From Giardia intestinalis (lineage: Eukaryota): a stretch of 64,000 bases of DNA. This document shows, piece by piece, positions 31,384-41,613 of the stretch (its first letter is position 1; every line of letters starts with the position of its first letter). The notes below the pieces were generated by a model. The model was given only the letters and a program-made list of their open reading frames with translations, was not told the origin of the DNA and searched no databases. The DNA is taken from assembly GCA_000002435.2 (NCBI GenBank), contig CM018793.1; one strand, given 5' to 3'. A program made the translations under genes and the position numbers.

Positions 31384-33771
31384 TTACTTTACAGGGCCAC
31401 TTGCATCATCCTTGTTGCTCATTTTCTTTTCAAAAAGTGCATATAAATTGCTTATGCTTTCAATCTGTTTCATCAATATAGAATTTCTAATAAGAATGTT
31501 ATCATATCTTGATAACTCGGCTGTAAGCTTATTAAAGACCATCACATCCTCTGGTATTAGTGGATCCGGTGATATCAGTGAAGCAGATTTATCGGCGGTC
31601 TCTGCCTCTACCTCCAGGGTGTCATGTAAAAGAGCTACAGAACCAGTGGCTCTTGAGCAGTTTTCAGCGTTCTGGATCGTATCCTTTGGCGGCTTCCTGC
31701 ACAGCTGATAGCTAGATTTGCATGGCTTACAGCAGCACATAAAGCACCTGACACACAGTGGGCAAAGCCTCACAAAAAGGGGGACAAAAATGATGAGTAG
31801 GATGATTGACATGATAAGCAAAAGAATTCGCCCAACCCTCGTCGTAAAAAACAGCCTTACAATTTCAAAGAAGCCCTTCCCCTTCAGCTTTTCAAAGAAC
31901 TCTATTACGTCCCGGAAAACTGTGTTTTTCCACGACGGAACTTCAGGATCAGCAAAAACAAAGTCGTCGAGACACATGTAAAGCTTGTTATCTTCACGCG
32001 TTTCATAGCGTGTTGCTCCCTCTGGGCAGACGCATGGAACTGCCAAAATGTTGGTGCTATTATTTTTCTTTCCCTTTCCACAATCTACAGAAATATTAGT
32101 AAATGGTATGTACTGAGGGATGAAGAGATCGTCTGCGCTTACCCCATCTTCCGCTGCCTTCTCCTCTGTGGATATGCACACGCCTCTTATGGACGAGAAG
32201 TATGGACGAGAATGTCCATACTTAGCTAGGCAGTCGACCGGCCTGCATGACGGAATATCACCCATTTCCATGGTCTGATCACATGAGCAGGCGACTAGGC
32301 ATACAAGGGTGGATGTTTGTGGAGCTGTAAATCGTATGTCTGGGTCTACACACTGTACAGGAGAGTCTATCCTCACGTAGGTTCCTGGCGCATATCCAGA
32401 TACTGTCCCTAGCCAAGAGATAGTGGCTTCGCTAGTAGCCGCCTGGGACTCGCTTTCGGGCCCCGCGGCTTGGAGAAATTGTATACTACACCTTCCTGGG
32501 CTCAAAGCAAGAGATTCGGCAACGATGACATTTGCCGGGCTCGTCAGCAAAAAGCTGTAGATGGCTGTCTTATCCACGTCAATGAAGTGCTTGATAGGCT
32601 TTCCTGTATAAGTAAAGGACCCAACGATTGGAGAGCTCGAAATGCACCGAAGAAGCTTGACTGTCACTACTCCCGGCATCATGCCTTCGTTCCCAACTGT
32701 AATGTTCAAGATGGCCTGCCTGCGGACGAGACTCACTACCGATTGAAGCACAACCGGCTTGCCTATGAGTTGTGTGAGCGTGACACTGTCTGCTGAAATG
32801 TGTAGACTAAATGCCAATAGAAGAATATCATCGCTGCATGCATACTTTACGGTTTGTGCTGAATCGCCACTCATGTTACACCCCTCTACACAGTTGCAAT
32901 TGCTTGGCAAATAAGGTGAATCATCCCTGTAGTTTAGTAGCTGATCGGCAGGAAACACGTCAGGGGTTGGCGGACTGCCTATGAATGTCAGCTCATTCGT
33001 CCTGGTGCTAGAGTCTGAAGCTATAACGGCTCTCTTCCAGACGCTCGGGAGCATGCCCAGTAAGTTTGTGCCACCAAACCCGACAACATCAAAAGGCACT
33101 GCCATGCTATTGAGCACTCCCTCGTTTTCCCTGTGTATCACGTAGCAGCCAAAGCAGAACATGTTATTTGTGGAGCCTGTGGAAACAACCACGGTCTGCA
33201 TGTATGAATTTCCATCTATGACAGGTCCCTTCTTGTTGTGCTCGTTGAAGATGACGTCATACTTGTTAACCGTTCCGTCTTCCTCCTCAATGGTTATGAC
33301 AGCAGTCACTGTGTATGATAAACGTGGGAGACCTGGCTTCCACACTTTGTGTGGGTCGACCTGCTGCAGTTTGCGAACCTTGTTCCCATAGGGCGTTCTT
33401 TTGCAGTGGCCGATATTTGTATCCGTGAAGTCTGGGCATCGAAGGGTAGTGATTTCTAAGGTCTCTGCAGCATTATACGCATCGAAGCGCTTGGCATAAT
33501 CTATGACTGCGCGCGCTTCCATCTTGATGAGGACCTTCACCAGGGACTTAAGCTCCCATCGACTGACAACGTGCCCATCCTTATCGACGATCTGGTAAAT
33601 CTTAGACGTGGTATAGGAAAGCTGCTTGTCGTAAGCATCTGACTTAATCTCGCCATAGATGGAGACGTACTGCTTTCCGTCAGACGTTATGATCTCACTA
33701 TTGATGCCTTGAGTCGGCTCGGTAGCAAGCGCTGACCACAAGCAAACAGCCCAAATGCACGATCTAATCAT
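31384..33771 (-). CDS. type I membrane glycoprotein, hypothetical (signal peptide, ~640-aa ectodomain, TM, Cys-rich cytoplasmic juxtamembrane CPLCVRCFMCCCKPC)
   Basis: N-terminal MIRSCIWAVCLWSALA signal. Single TM ILLLIMSIILLIIFVPLFV. Many N-glycosylation sequons and paired cysteines in the ectodomain. Confidence 0.65.
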   Translation of the reverse strand: MIRSCIWAVCLWSALATEPTQGINSEIITSDGKQYVSIYGEIKSDAYDKQLSYTTSKIYQIVDKDGHVVSRWELKSLVKVLIKMEARAVIDYAKRFDAYNAAETLEITTLRCPDFTDTNIGHCKRTPYGNKVRKLQQVDPHKVWKPGLPRLSYTVTAVITIEEEDGTVNKYDVIFNEHNKKGPVIDGNSYMQTVVVSTGSTNNMFCFGCYVIHRENEGVLNSMAVPFDVVGFGGTNLLGMLPSVWKRAVIASDSSTRTNELTFIGSPPTPDVFPADQLLNYRDDSPYLPSNCNCVEGCNMSGDSAQTVKYACSDDILLLAFSLHISADSVTLTQLIGKPVVLQSVVSLVRRQAILNITVGNEGMMPGVVTVKLLRCISSSPIVGSFTYTGKPIKHFIDVDKTAIYSFLLTSPANVIVAESLALSPGRCSIQFLQAAGPESESQAATSEATISWLGTVSGYAPGTYVRIDSPVQCVDPDIRFTAPQTSTLVCLVACSCDQTMEMGDIPSCRPVDCLAKYGHSRPYFSSIRGVCISTEEKAAEDGVSADDLFIPQYIPFTNISVDCGKGKKNNSTNILAVPCVCPEGATRYETREDNKLYMCLDDFVFADPEVPSWKNTVFRDVIEFFEKLKGKGFFEIVRLFFTTRVGRILLLIMSIILLIIFVPLFVRLCPLCVRCFMCCCKPCKSSYQLCRKPPKDTIQNAENCSRATGSVALLHDTLEVEAETADKSASLISPDPLIPEDVMVFNKLTAELSRYDNILIRNSILMKQIESISNLYALFEKKMSNKDDASGPVK

Positions 33772-34051
33772 ATAGTAACTATTTGCAGATCCACACGCTC
33801 ACCCGTCCATAGCGGTTCGTTTCCGGATTGCTCGTTTCCAGTTGTAAATTAATTTAAAGTGAATTCTTCTCAAGTTTTTACGCGGTGTCGAGAATGATGA
33901 GACGTGTTCCTCTCTCCTACAGACTCCCTGGGGATGCTATGTACACCTTACTGATTTACTTTCCTTTTCTCAAGGGCCATTGTGTCGTGCCATTGTGTTT
34001 TTGCGGGGCTTAGTGGTTCCCAGTGCAGTCGCCCGGATCCGGCAGGACCTA

Positions 34052-35251
34052 CTACTCTCTATCATCGTGCTTGAACCCAAACTCAGAGAGAGCAATCTCG
34101 AGAGCCTTGATCCCTTCGATGTATTCTTTCACTGCCTCGGAGTCAAGGAAGTAGCGGCGGGGGGTCATGACCTCCGTTGCGAGGATTTCTGCGGTGGCAG
34201 TCGCGCTGCGTGTGTCGTATTCTTTGCCGCGCAGAAGTTCGTCGCGCCTCATAGTGAAGAATTTGATGATGTTCGTGGCCTTGTAGAGGGCCAGCTTGTA
34301 CTCACTGGTGCCACTGTTGGTCCCGTGCTTGGCGGGGAGTGATTGCATACTTGTAGACCCATCGACACCGTCTACCTGCTCAAGAACAGCTCCGAGCCCG
34401 GTGCTTTGCTGAAGTTTCTGGGTTGTTTCTTGTATCAAGCTCCGAATTCCTGTGTGTGCAGCGCGTATTATCTGTGTCTTATCGTGCAAATCTCGAGATT
34501 GCTCGATTTTAAAACGCTCTATGTTGTCCAAGAGATCAGCCTCTCTTTCGTTAAGGATCTTCCGGAGGCGCTCAAAGCCTTCTCGAGTGCGGGATCGGAC
34601 AAGCTCAACGCTCTCGTTAAGCTCATCTGTAGACACTTTTAGGCTTTCGAGGGCCTGCTCCAAGTCAGAGCTCTTCTGCTGAAGAAGATCGAGGGCAGAA
34701 GACATTTCCAAGCGAACCACGGACAGCCCCTTGGCGACACTCTGAACAATGTGGTCCGGCCCAGGTGGATGGGAGCCGCTGACAATGCAATAAATACAGC
34801 ACAGCTCTTGGCACGTGGCGCAAATGTGCGTCGTCACTTCTGCTTCATGGTACTTGCACATGACAGGAGGCATGTAGTCCAATGCACTGACGCGCTCATG
34901 CCTTACAAAGAGTTTGTTATGGTGGATATTAGCTTCGCATCGACTACAAAGCCAGCCTTGGCAGTTCAAGCAGAACACGGATGCCCCTGCCTCTTGACAG
35001 CTGTCGCAGAGGTGCTGCTTTCCCACAGACCTCTGTGATGTTGCGCCAGATATTAAATTACCAAAGCCCGATGCTGAAATATGCGGTTCAGCAAGATCCT
35101 CGGGCATTTTTGCCTTGGATGCCACGCGCTTCTGGGTCGGTCTGGGCGGCGAACCCTTAGTCTGCGCAAGGGGCATGATGCTCTCATAGCTTTCAGAGTG
35201 GCTTCCAGGAGACTGCCGATCAACAGACGAACGCGTCCTCGCGGCTTGCAT
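34052..35251 (-). CDS. B-box zinc-finger / coiled-coil protein (TRIM-like without RING)
   Basis: Two B-box-like Cys/His clusters (CDSCQEAGASVFCLNCQGWLCSRCEANIHH; CKYHEAEVTTHICATCQELCCIYCIVSGSH) followed by ~200 aa of helical/coiled sequence. Confidence 0.75.
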   Translation of the reverse strand: MQAARTRSSVDRQSPGSHSESYESIMPLAQTKGSPPRPTQKRVASKAKMPEDLAEPHISASGFGNLISGATSQRSVGKQHLCDSCQEAGASVFCLNCQGWLCSRCEANIHHNKLFVRHERVSALDYMPPVMCKYHEAEVTTHICATCQELCCIYCIVSGSHPPGPDHIVQSVAKGLSVVRLEMSSALDLLQQKSSDLEQALESLKVSTDELNESVELVRSRTREGFERLRKILNEREADLLDNIERFKIEQSRDLHDKTQIIRAAHTGIRSLIQETTQKLQQSTGLGAVLEQVDGVDGSTSMQSLPAKHGTNSGTSEYKLALYKATNIIKFFTMRRDELLRGKEYDTRSATATAEILATEVMTPRRYFLDSEAVKEYIEGIKALEIALSEFGFKHDDRE

Positions 35252-35285
35252 TAAAATTCAAAATTCTTGGTTAAATGAAGTTAGA
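35252..35285. promoter_or_regulatory. 34-bp AT-rich bidirectional initiator
   Basis: taaaattcaaaattcttggttaaatgaagttaga lies between the ATG at 35251 (minus) and the ATG at 35286 (plus). Confidence 0.5.
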
Positions 35286-35672
35286 ATGAAGTTTGTACCT
35301 CATGAACGAGGCGGCCTGGGGCCAGATCTAGACCGTGAATGCACACGTGAAGCTCGCGAGAAGCGGACAAAACAACAGGAGTATGCAAGGCGTCTCCGCG
35401 AAACGATCCAGGATCTTCCCAAGCGGGTGGAGAAGCCTCCACGCAAAACGGAGGCCGAGTTGAAACGCGAGAGGCAGCAGGAGTATGCGAAGAACATACC
35501 AAGACCAGCTGTACGTCCTCAAACTGACAGAGAAACCATTTCCCTCCCTCCTCTTAGAAAGTCTACAACACAGGAAGAGAGGCCCATTGTAAAGCTGATG
35601 GACATGCTTGAGCAGCACGACAAGATGCTGAAAGAGTGCGCAGAAATCTACGCATACTTCGGCCTGCAGTGA
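35286..35672 (+). CDS. small basic K/R/E-rich hypothetical protein (128 aa)
   Basis: ORF from an ATG at the divergent initiator. Charged, helical composition. Ends 17 bp before the stop of the next convergent gene. Confidence 0.45.
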   Translation: MKFVPHERGGLGPDLDRECTREAREKRTKQQEYARRLRETIQDLPKRVEKPPRKTEAELKRERQQEYAKNIPRPAVRPQTDRETISLPPLRKSTTQEERPIVKLMDMLEQHDKMLKECAEIYAYFGLQ

Positions 35673-35689
35673 GGCTACAGCTCGGTCAA

Positions 35690-37537
35690 CTAGGGCTCCA
35701 TTATATACCCTTTAGTGTACGTCATTGTGAGAACTATAATCCCGCAAATCAATACTGTTGCAGCAATACTCGCAGAAATAAGTCCACTTTCAAAGTAACT
35801 TTCTTTTATAAATATGTATTGATACTCCTTGTGAATATCCGCAGCGGGCGCTCCAGAGTCAGTGGGGCGGAAGGAAGTCTCGGCATATACGCCGGTACCG
35901 TTTTTGTAAGCTTCCAGGACACTTTTCAGCTTGCTAGAACAGCTTCCTGTCACGTAGTACTCGATATCCTGCTTAGGAACGTTTTCAGACGAGTATACTC
36001 CCCGCTGATACATTGTATCGCAAGTAAATACTAGTTCTTTGCCCCTCTTGTACTCTGTCTCCCCAGACATTCGCACAAAAAGCCTTTCCAAAGTGATTGC
36101 TGAAATGCTAGTGCCAGAGTGGATGTAGATGTCTAAAGTAACTTCTGTCATGCCCTCAGCAACGGGGCATTCCGCCGGGGATCTTCCGATGGGTCGTAAT
36201 ATGGCCAAATTAGTTGCCACGACAAGGGTAGCCCTGGAAAAGCATGTTCGCTGAACACTCCCAGGATAGGGAATAATGGTCTCGGGAAGAGCTTTTCCTG
36301 AAAAGTACTGTAAGGTGAATGAACCTGTCAACGACAGATTGCCAGCCAGCAGCCTATTCATATCTCTGAGGCATGTAACAGTGGTGCATGGAAGGAACTG
36401 CTTTGTCCGTTTGAATGTAAAGTTTGAATTTTCGAGGGATATCCTAATAGTAGGTGCAAGTAACGAGGTGTCCTGTGCAGTTGTAAGCTCTCCGCAGACG
36501 ATGATTTTATGGTAGTCTATTAGGTCGTTGCAGATTGAAGCGGAATCACGTTCAAGAAGCACAGCGAGGACCCCAAAGTAGACCTGCACTATAACAGACT
36601 TATAGCACTTAGAGTACCCTGCGCTGGCCTTGACAGCAGAGACAATCCCTGCTTGAGCAACTGTGCTTGGGGTCACCACTTCTACCTGAGGATCTGAAGA
36701 TGAGACCGCTGTGGGGGTCTTCGACTTTGTCGTACCAGGAATGGGCACATAGACAATCAAGGTTGCAGACCACGCTGTCTCCACCTTGAGGATATCAATA
36801 AGCTCTATGCATCTATCGTATTTGTTTGAATTAGTAAGCCAGTCGTTACCAGGGTAGCGAACCCCGTTGCATGAGTAGCAAAATTGAGTTACTAAATTAT
36901 GGGTATACGGTCTGATAAAGTTGGGTAGTTGAGCATTTGTGCCATGGGATGATAATGTTATGTTTAGATAAGCATCCGGTAGTGTATCCAGATGAATCAA
37001 CATGAAGGCCTCATAAGTATTCTGCAAATTAGTGTCCTTGGGCAGGTCGCAGTCCGAAGGAGTCACTAAAAAGCATATCTCCTTATTGAAATAATCCACC
37101 GAGACCCTAGGATCCGTCCAGCAAGCAGAGTTATTCGTGAGAGTGTAGTAGACATTGGTTGTTACTAACGAGACCTTCGAGCTAGCGTAGTTGAGTTCCA
37201 CCTGGACCACTGTAGACCCAGTGAGATTTGTCTGGCAATCTGAAGTGGCTGTTTTATCTGTTGGACAGGTAAATGTTAGTAAGTTAGGCTGCTCCATACT
37301 CCAAAACGGAACACTTATCGATGAAAATGTGTACGACCCTACCATGGCAGTGGCCGTCATCCCTGTTGTGCCCTGGAGGATGGAGCAGTCGGCGGTCTGG
37401 TGATTTAGTGGCAGCGGCCAGACTGTAATTGCTAATGAATGCTTGTTAAGCAAAATATTAACGGTGGTGTTGGGGGAAAAGCAGCTTAGAGCACTTATGG
37501 TGGCAAACAGGCCCTTTAAAGCCAAGAAGATGAGCAT
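35690..37537 (-). CDS. type I membrane glycoprotein, hypothetical (signal peptide, ~560-aa ectodomain, TM, 10-aa tail)
   Basis: MLIFLALKGLFATISALSC signal. C-terminal TM LISASIAATVLICGIIVLTMTY. Numerous NxS/T sequons. Confidence 0.65.
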   Translation of the reverse strand: MLIFLALKGLFATISALSCFSPNTTVNILLNKHSLAITVWPLPLNHQTADCSILQGTTGMTATAMVGSYTFSSISVPFWSMEQPNLLTFTCPTDKTATSDCQTNLTGSTVVQVELNYASSKVSLVTTNVYYTLTNNSACWTDPRVSVDYFNKEICFLVTPSDCDLPKDTNLQNTYEAFMLIHLDTLPDAYLNITLSSHGTNAQLPNFIRPYTHNLVTQFCYSCNGVRYPGNDWLTNSNKYDRCIELIDILKVETAWSATLIVYVPIPGTTKSKTPTAVSSSDPQVEVVTPSTVAQAGIVSAVKASAGYSKCYKSVIVQVYFGVLAVLLERDSASICNDLIDYHKIIVCGELTTAQDTSLLAPTIRISLENSNFTFKRTKQFLPCTTVTCLRDMNRLLAGNLSLTGSFTLQYFSGKALPETIIPYPGSVQRTCFSRATLVVATNLAILRPIGRSPAECPVAEGMTEVTLDIYIHSGTSISAITLERLFVRMSGETEYKRGKELVFTCDTMYQRGVYSSENVPKQDIEYYVTGSCSSKLKSVLEAYKNGTGVYAETSFRPTDSGAPAADIHKEYQYIFIKESYFESGLISASIAATVLICGIIVLTMTYTKGYIMEP

Positions 37538-37860
37538 AAGAGGGGTTTTTTGAAATCACTTATGCCAAGTAAACGGTCTCCGGAGGAGTGGAAGCAAACA
37601 GATTGATGCGTTGCTCTACAAGGCAGGCACTTCTGTGGTACTTTTGTAGCGGCACTTAAGGCCACATTCCTCGGCTATTGCCTGCTACTTTTTGGAAAAA
37701 ATCATTATCCCCTCCCCTCAGTCATCTGGGCACACGCACCTCAGAGCAACATGAAGAAAGCGAAATACTAGGAACGCCATTCAACATGCAATTAGGTATT
37801 TTAAAAACCTTATCGAAATTAAATTAAAATTTGGGAATACAAAGCCAAATCGCAAAAGCC

Positions 37861-40635
37861 ATGTTCTCCCATGAGGTTGCCCTTAGCAGCAAGCCGCCAA
37901 TTTCCCCTCAGAAGCCCGTGAACCCCCGTGTAGCTGCGCTCCTCGTTGAGCAGGACTCAATCGGGCACGGCAAGGCTATCGCGAATACGCTACTGGCTGA
38001 TAACAGCCAGGCCATGGGGACGTGCATCGGGTCGTTGCAGTTTCACAACATGTTCCAGGTACCCTCTAAGATAAAGGAGGACACCATTCAGAGCAACATC
38101 ATCAGCTTCATAAAGTATCACCTGGGGCGTGACTCCACCACTATAGACACCTTTGGAATGTTCCAGGCTACCTCGATATCGATTCGCAACACCCTTATTG
38201 ACAACTGGCGCAAGACTCTACAGCACCAGACCGCTACAAAGGCGCGCACGGTTAACTATCTCAGCTTGGAGTTTCTGATGGGCCGCGCTCTGACCAACAC
38301 GCTCTACAATTTGGAGTTGGGCCATGTTTATAAAAATGCCCTCAAGGACCTCGGCTTTACCATCGAGGCTCTCCAGCAGGAGGAGTCCGACGCGGCCCTT
38401 GGAAACGGTGGTCTTGGCCGTCTAGCAGCGTGCTTTATCGATTCCATGGCGTCTATGGACATTGCTTCGTACGGGTATGGCATCCGCTACAGTTATGGAA
38501 TGTTCAAGCAAACCATTAGAGATGGGTGTCAAGAGGAGTTCCCAGACTATTGGCTGACACACGGCAGCGAACCGTTCCCCATAATCGAGCGTCTCGACAA
38601 GGACTACACCGTGCGCTTCTACGGTTATTCTAGCAGTGAGCCAGATGTCAAGAACCCTAAGCGCAAGCTTTTCAGATGGGAAGGGGGCGAAACTGTCCGC
38701 GCCATAGCTCACGATTGCCTTTGCCCTGGGCATCACACAACCAACGTATCTAACATCAGGCTTTGGAGTGCCCAGGCTAGCTGTGACTTCAATCTGGCCG
38801 CCCATAGTAGCGGGGACTATTACTCCTCCATCCGCGAGCGCATGGAGAGCGAAAACATCTCCTTTGTACTGTATCCGTCTGACAGTACGGACAGCGGAAA
38901 ACTCTTGCGACTTAAGCAGGAGTACTTCTTCGTCTCTGCCTCTCTGCAGGATATGATCTACCGCTGCAAGAATATGGGCTGCAGTGTTCATGACTTCCAC
39001 AAATACTTCGCGATCCAGCTGAACGATACACATCCTGCTCTGGGCATTCCCGAGCTCATGCGCTTGTTGATGGACGAGGAACGTCTCGAATGGTCGGAAG
39101 CCTGGACAATCGTCAGCAACACCTTCTGTTACACAAACCACACAGTTCTTCCTGAGGCTCTCGAAAAGTGGAATCTCGGAATCATTGCAAAGCTCCTCCC
39201 CAGACATACAGAGATCATATTTGAAATCAACCGTCGCTTTATTGATGAGTTGAGAAAGATCCACAAATGTCCAGACGATGTTATCTCGAAGCTCTCGATA
39301 TTTGAAGAATGCGGAGGATCCAAGAAGGTGCGCATGGCCAACCTTAGCATTATAGGCTCATACAAAGTTAATGGAGTGGCGGCTCTCCACACGGAGATCA
39401 TCCGGAACACGCTCTTCAAGGAGTTCAATGATCTCTATCCCAACAAGATTGTCAATGTCACTAACGGAGTCACACCGCGTAGATGGGTTGCGCAGGCGAA
39501 CCCGCTTCTGTCTCACTATCTCACCAAGCACCTGAAGGAGCATAAGATAGCGGAGTCTGAGCACGAGTGGCTCAGTAATATGCAGCTGCTCACCTCGCTT
39601 GTGGAGCCTCTATCTAAGGATTCTCATGCAATAGCTGAGCTTTTGGAGATCAAGAGGCATAACAAGCAACGCCTGGCAAACTACATCCAGAGGCATGTGA
39701 GCTCTGAGTATACGTTCGACCGTCCGATTCCCACCACAATGATCTTCGATACCCAAGTGAAGCGTATCCATGAGTACAAGCGCCAGCTTCTGAACATTCT
39801 TCAAGCCATCCATTTCTATTTGACCCTCAAGCAGATGCACACGCACGAGGAGAAGGAGGCGTTCATGGGATCAGGGGTTTGCAAGATATTTGCTGGTAAG
39901 GCTGCATCGGCCTATGTGACTGCAAAGCGCATCATCAAACTCATAAACAATGTGTCGAAGCGCATAAATAACGATCCGGATACATGCAATTACTTGCAAG
40001 TCTACTTTTTACCGAACTATAACGTGTCATCGGCGGAGATAATATTCCCGGGCACAGACCTTTCCGAGCAAATCTCTACAGCAGGCGCTGAGGCTTCGGG
40101 CACAGGAAATATGAAGGCCTGCATGAACGGCGGAGTTATTGTCGGCACGATGGATGGCGCCAATGTCGAGATCTACAACCATGTGGGCGAGGAGAACATC
40201 TTTATCTTTGGTGCAGACACTAATACCGTTACGGAAGTGAGAGAGCAGTACTCGCAGGGCCGTCGCTTGCAGATATCTACGAGCTTGAATGAGGTCCTTG
40301 ACTGCATTGAGTCTGGCTTCTTCGGTGGCCTAGACGACTACAACACGCACTTCAAGCCCCTCGTAGACATGATCAGAGCGGGCAATGACTGGTATCTTGT
40401 GAGCGTCGACTTCGAAAGCTACAACGAGTGCTACCAGACTCAGATTGTGCCTCTGTTCCGTGATAAGAAGACCTGGGGGAAGATGGCACTAAACAACTGC
40501 CTCCGCATGTCATACTTCAGCAGTGACCGCTCCATCCGCGACTACTGCGAGAAGATTTGGAATGTGGAGCCCTGCAACCCGGACAGCAGTGTTGGTTCCT
40601 GCCTGGCTGGGGTGCCCTTGAACAGAAGTGCCTAG
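37861..40635 (+). CDS. glycogen (alpha-1,4-glucan) phosphorylase
   Basis: Pyridoxal-phosphate site EASGTGNMKACMNGG. Conserved SLEFLMGRAL and DAALGNGGLGRLAACFIDSMA blocks. The track start (37831) is a TTG. The true ATG at 37861 follows aaattaaattaaaattt. Confidence 0.95.
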   Translation: MFSHEVALSSKPPISPQKPVNPRVAALLVEQDSIGHGKAIANTLLADNSQAMGTCIGSLQFHNMFQVPSKIKEDTIQSNIISFIKYHLGRDSTTIDTFGMFQATSISIRNTLIDNWRKTLQHQTATKARTVNYLSLEFLMGRALTNTLYNLELGHVYKNALKDLGFTIEALQQEESDAALGNGGLGRLAACFIDSMASMDIASYGYGIRYSYGMFKQTIRDGCQEEFPDYWLTHGSEPFPIIERLDKDYTVRFYGYSSSEPDVKNPKRKLFRWEGGETVRAIAHDCLCPGHHTTNVSNIRLWSAQASCDFNLAAHSSGDYYSSIRERMESENISFVLYPSDSTDSGKLLRLKQEYFFVSASLQDMIYRCKNMGCSVHDFHKYFAIQLNDTHPALGIPELMRLLMDEERLEWSEAWTIVSNTFCYTNHTVLPEALEKWNLGIIAKLLPRHTEIIFEINRRFIDELRKIHKCPDDVISKLSIFEECGGSKKVRMANLSIIGSYKVNGVAALHTEIIRNTLFKEFNDLYPNKIVNVTNGVTPRRWVAQANPLLSHYLTKHLKEHKIAESEHEWLSNMQLLTSLVEPLSKDSHAIAELLEIKRHNKQRLANYIQRHVSSEYTFDRPIPTTMIFDTQVKRIHEYKRQLLNILQAIHFYLTLKQMHTHEEKEAFMGSGVCKIFAGKAASAYVTAKRIIKLINNVSKRINNDPDTCNYLQVYFLPNYNVSSAEIIFPGTDLSEQISTAGAEASGTGNMKACMNGGVIVGTMDGANVEIYNHVGEENIFIFGADTNTVTEVREQYSQGRRLQISTSLNEVLDCIESGFFGGLDDYNTHFKPLVDMIRAGNDWYLVSVDFESYNECYQTQIVPLFRDKKTWGKMALNNCLRMSYFSSDRSIRDYCEKIWNVEPCNPDSSVGSCLAGVPLNRSA

Positions 40636-40780
40636 GTGCGTTTGAAGTTTGCGCGTATAGGCGGGGCAGACGTAAATACTTTTGTTAGCACTCTTTATTT
40701 ATATATGCCTCCAAGTCTGCGAAGTTTCTGCGCGTTGGGCTCGCATTGCGAAAGATGTCGTGGTATAAAAATAATTACAC

Positions 40781-41593
40781 ATGCCAACCCCCGATGTGGT
40801 GCAAGTTGACATCCCCGCAGAAGCCAATCCCGACGGCTACAGTGAGCTGATGTGGTTCCGAGCGCGGATCAATGCAATCTCCGGAGTCCACTTCTTAAAT
40901 CTCATCCTGATTGTTATTGGATTTGCAGTGAGCATAGCATCTCTTGCTTTAGGAGTACAGTTCACCACGGTGCTACCCTTGCTGGCATTCGCAGGGGGCT
41001 TCTTTTGCAATATCTTTATTAATTATATAACACTATTCCTATCCACGCCTCTATTTCTTATTGTCGTTATCTACGGAATCTATAGTCTAAGCCTCTTTAT
41101 CTTGTTTGCTATCTCATCTGGCATAGGATCCTTTTCGTCGAAAGAGCTCGCTGCATTTGTGTTGGACATATGCTTGCTTCCGTTGGGCATTACCTTAGTT
41201 GTGTTAAACTTAGTGGTGCGCCGGCTGATTATCAAGACCATGGAGCACGTAATGCCCAATGCGCCTTTGCCAGGCACTGCCCTTCGGTACTCCTACACGA
41301 AGGCATACACGAAGATGAAGTCGATGAACGATGAAGCATACATTATTCTGGGGCATAGCGACATTGGAGAACAGTGTCAGCCCTTAGTAATAGCTGCCCC
41401 CGAAGAAAGCCATAAGCCAGTATTGCGAGAATTTGAAAAAGACCGGCGCAAGGGAATAATTCGCTCTGGAGGCATAGGGATTTTAAGGGGCTCACACAAA
41501 AATATAAACCCGGAGGCAATATCGTACCGCTATATGGCAAAGACGTTTCTGCCTCTAGGCTCTGACTTTGTCCCATCAGGTGTTATAAAATAA
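40781..41593 (+). CDS. hypothetical multi-pass membrane protein (270 aa)
   Basis: ATG after tggtataaaaataattacac. At least 4 hydrophobic helices (FLNLILIVIGFAVSIASLALGV, LLAFAGGFFCNIFINYITLFL, LFLIVVIYGIYSLSLFILFAI, FVLDICLLPLGITLVVLNLVV). Confidence 0.55.
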   Translation: MPTPDVVQVDIPAEANPDGYSELMWFRARINAISGVHFLNLILIVIGFAVSIASLALGVQFTTVLPLLAFAGGFFCNIFINYITLFLSTPLFLIVVIYGIYSLSLFILFAISSGIGSFSSKELAAFVLDICLLPLGITLVVLNLVVRRLIIKTMEHVMPNAPLPGTALRYSYTKAYTKMKSMNDEAYIILGHSDIGEQCQPLVIAAPEESHKPVLREFEKDRRKGIIRSGGIGILRGSHKNINPEAISYRYMAKTFLPLGSDFVPSGVIK

Positions 41594-41613
41594 GCAAAAA
41601 CGTCAAAGATAGC

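Noticed and set aside
37831-37860. Upstream extensions of several ORFs given by the ORF track (e.g. 37831, 5990, 18507, 25001, 49841, 54684, 59307)
   Set aside because: These 'M' starts are TTG/GTG codons. In each case the first in-frame ATG sits right after an AT-rich initiator, so the CDS starts were moved to the ATG.
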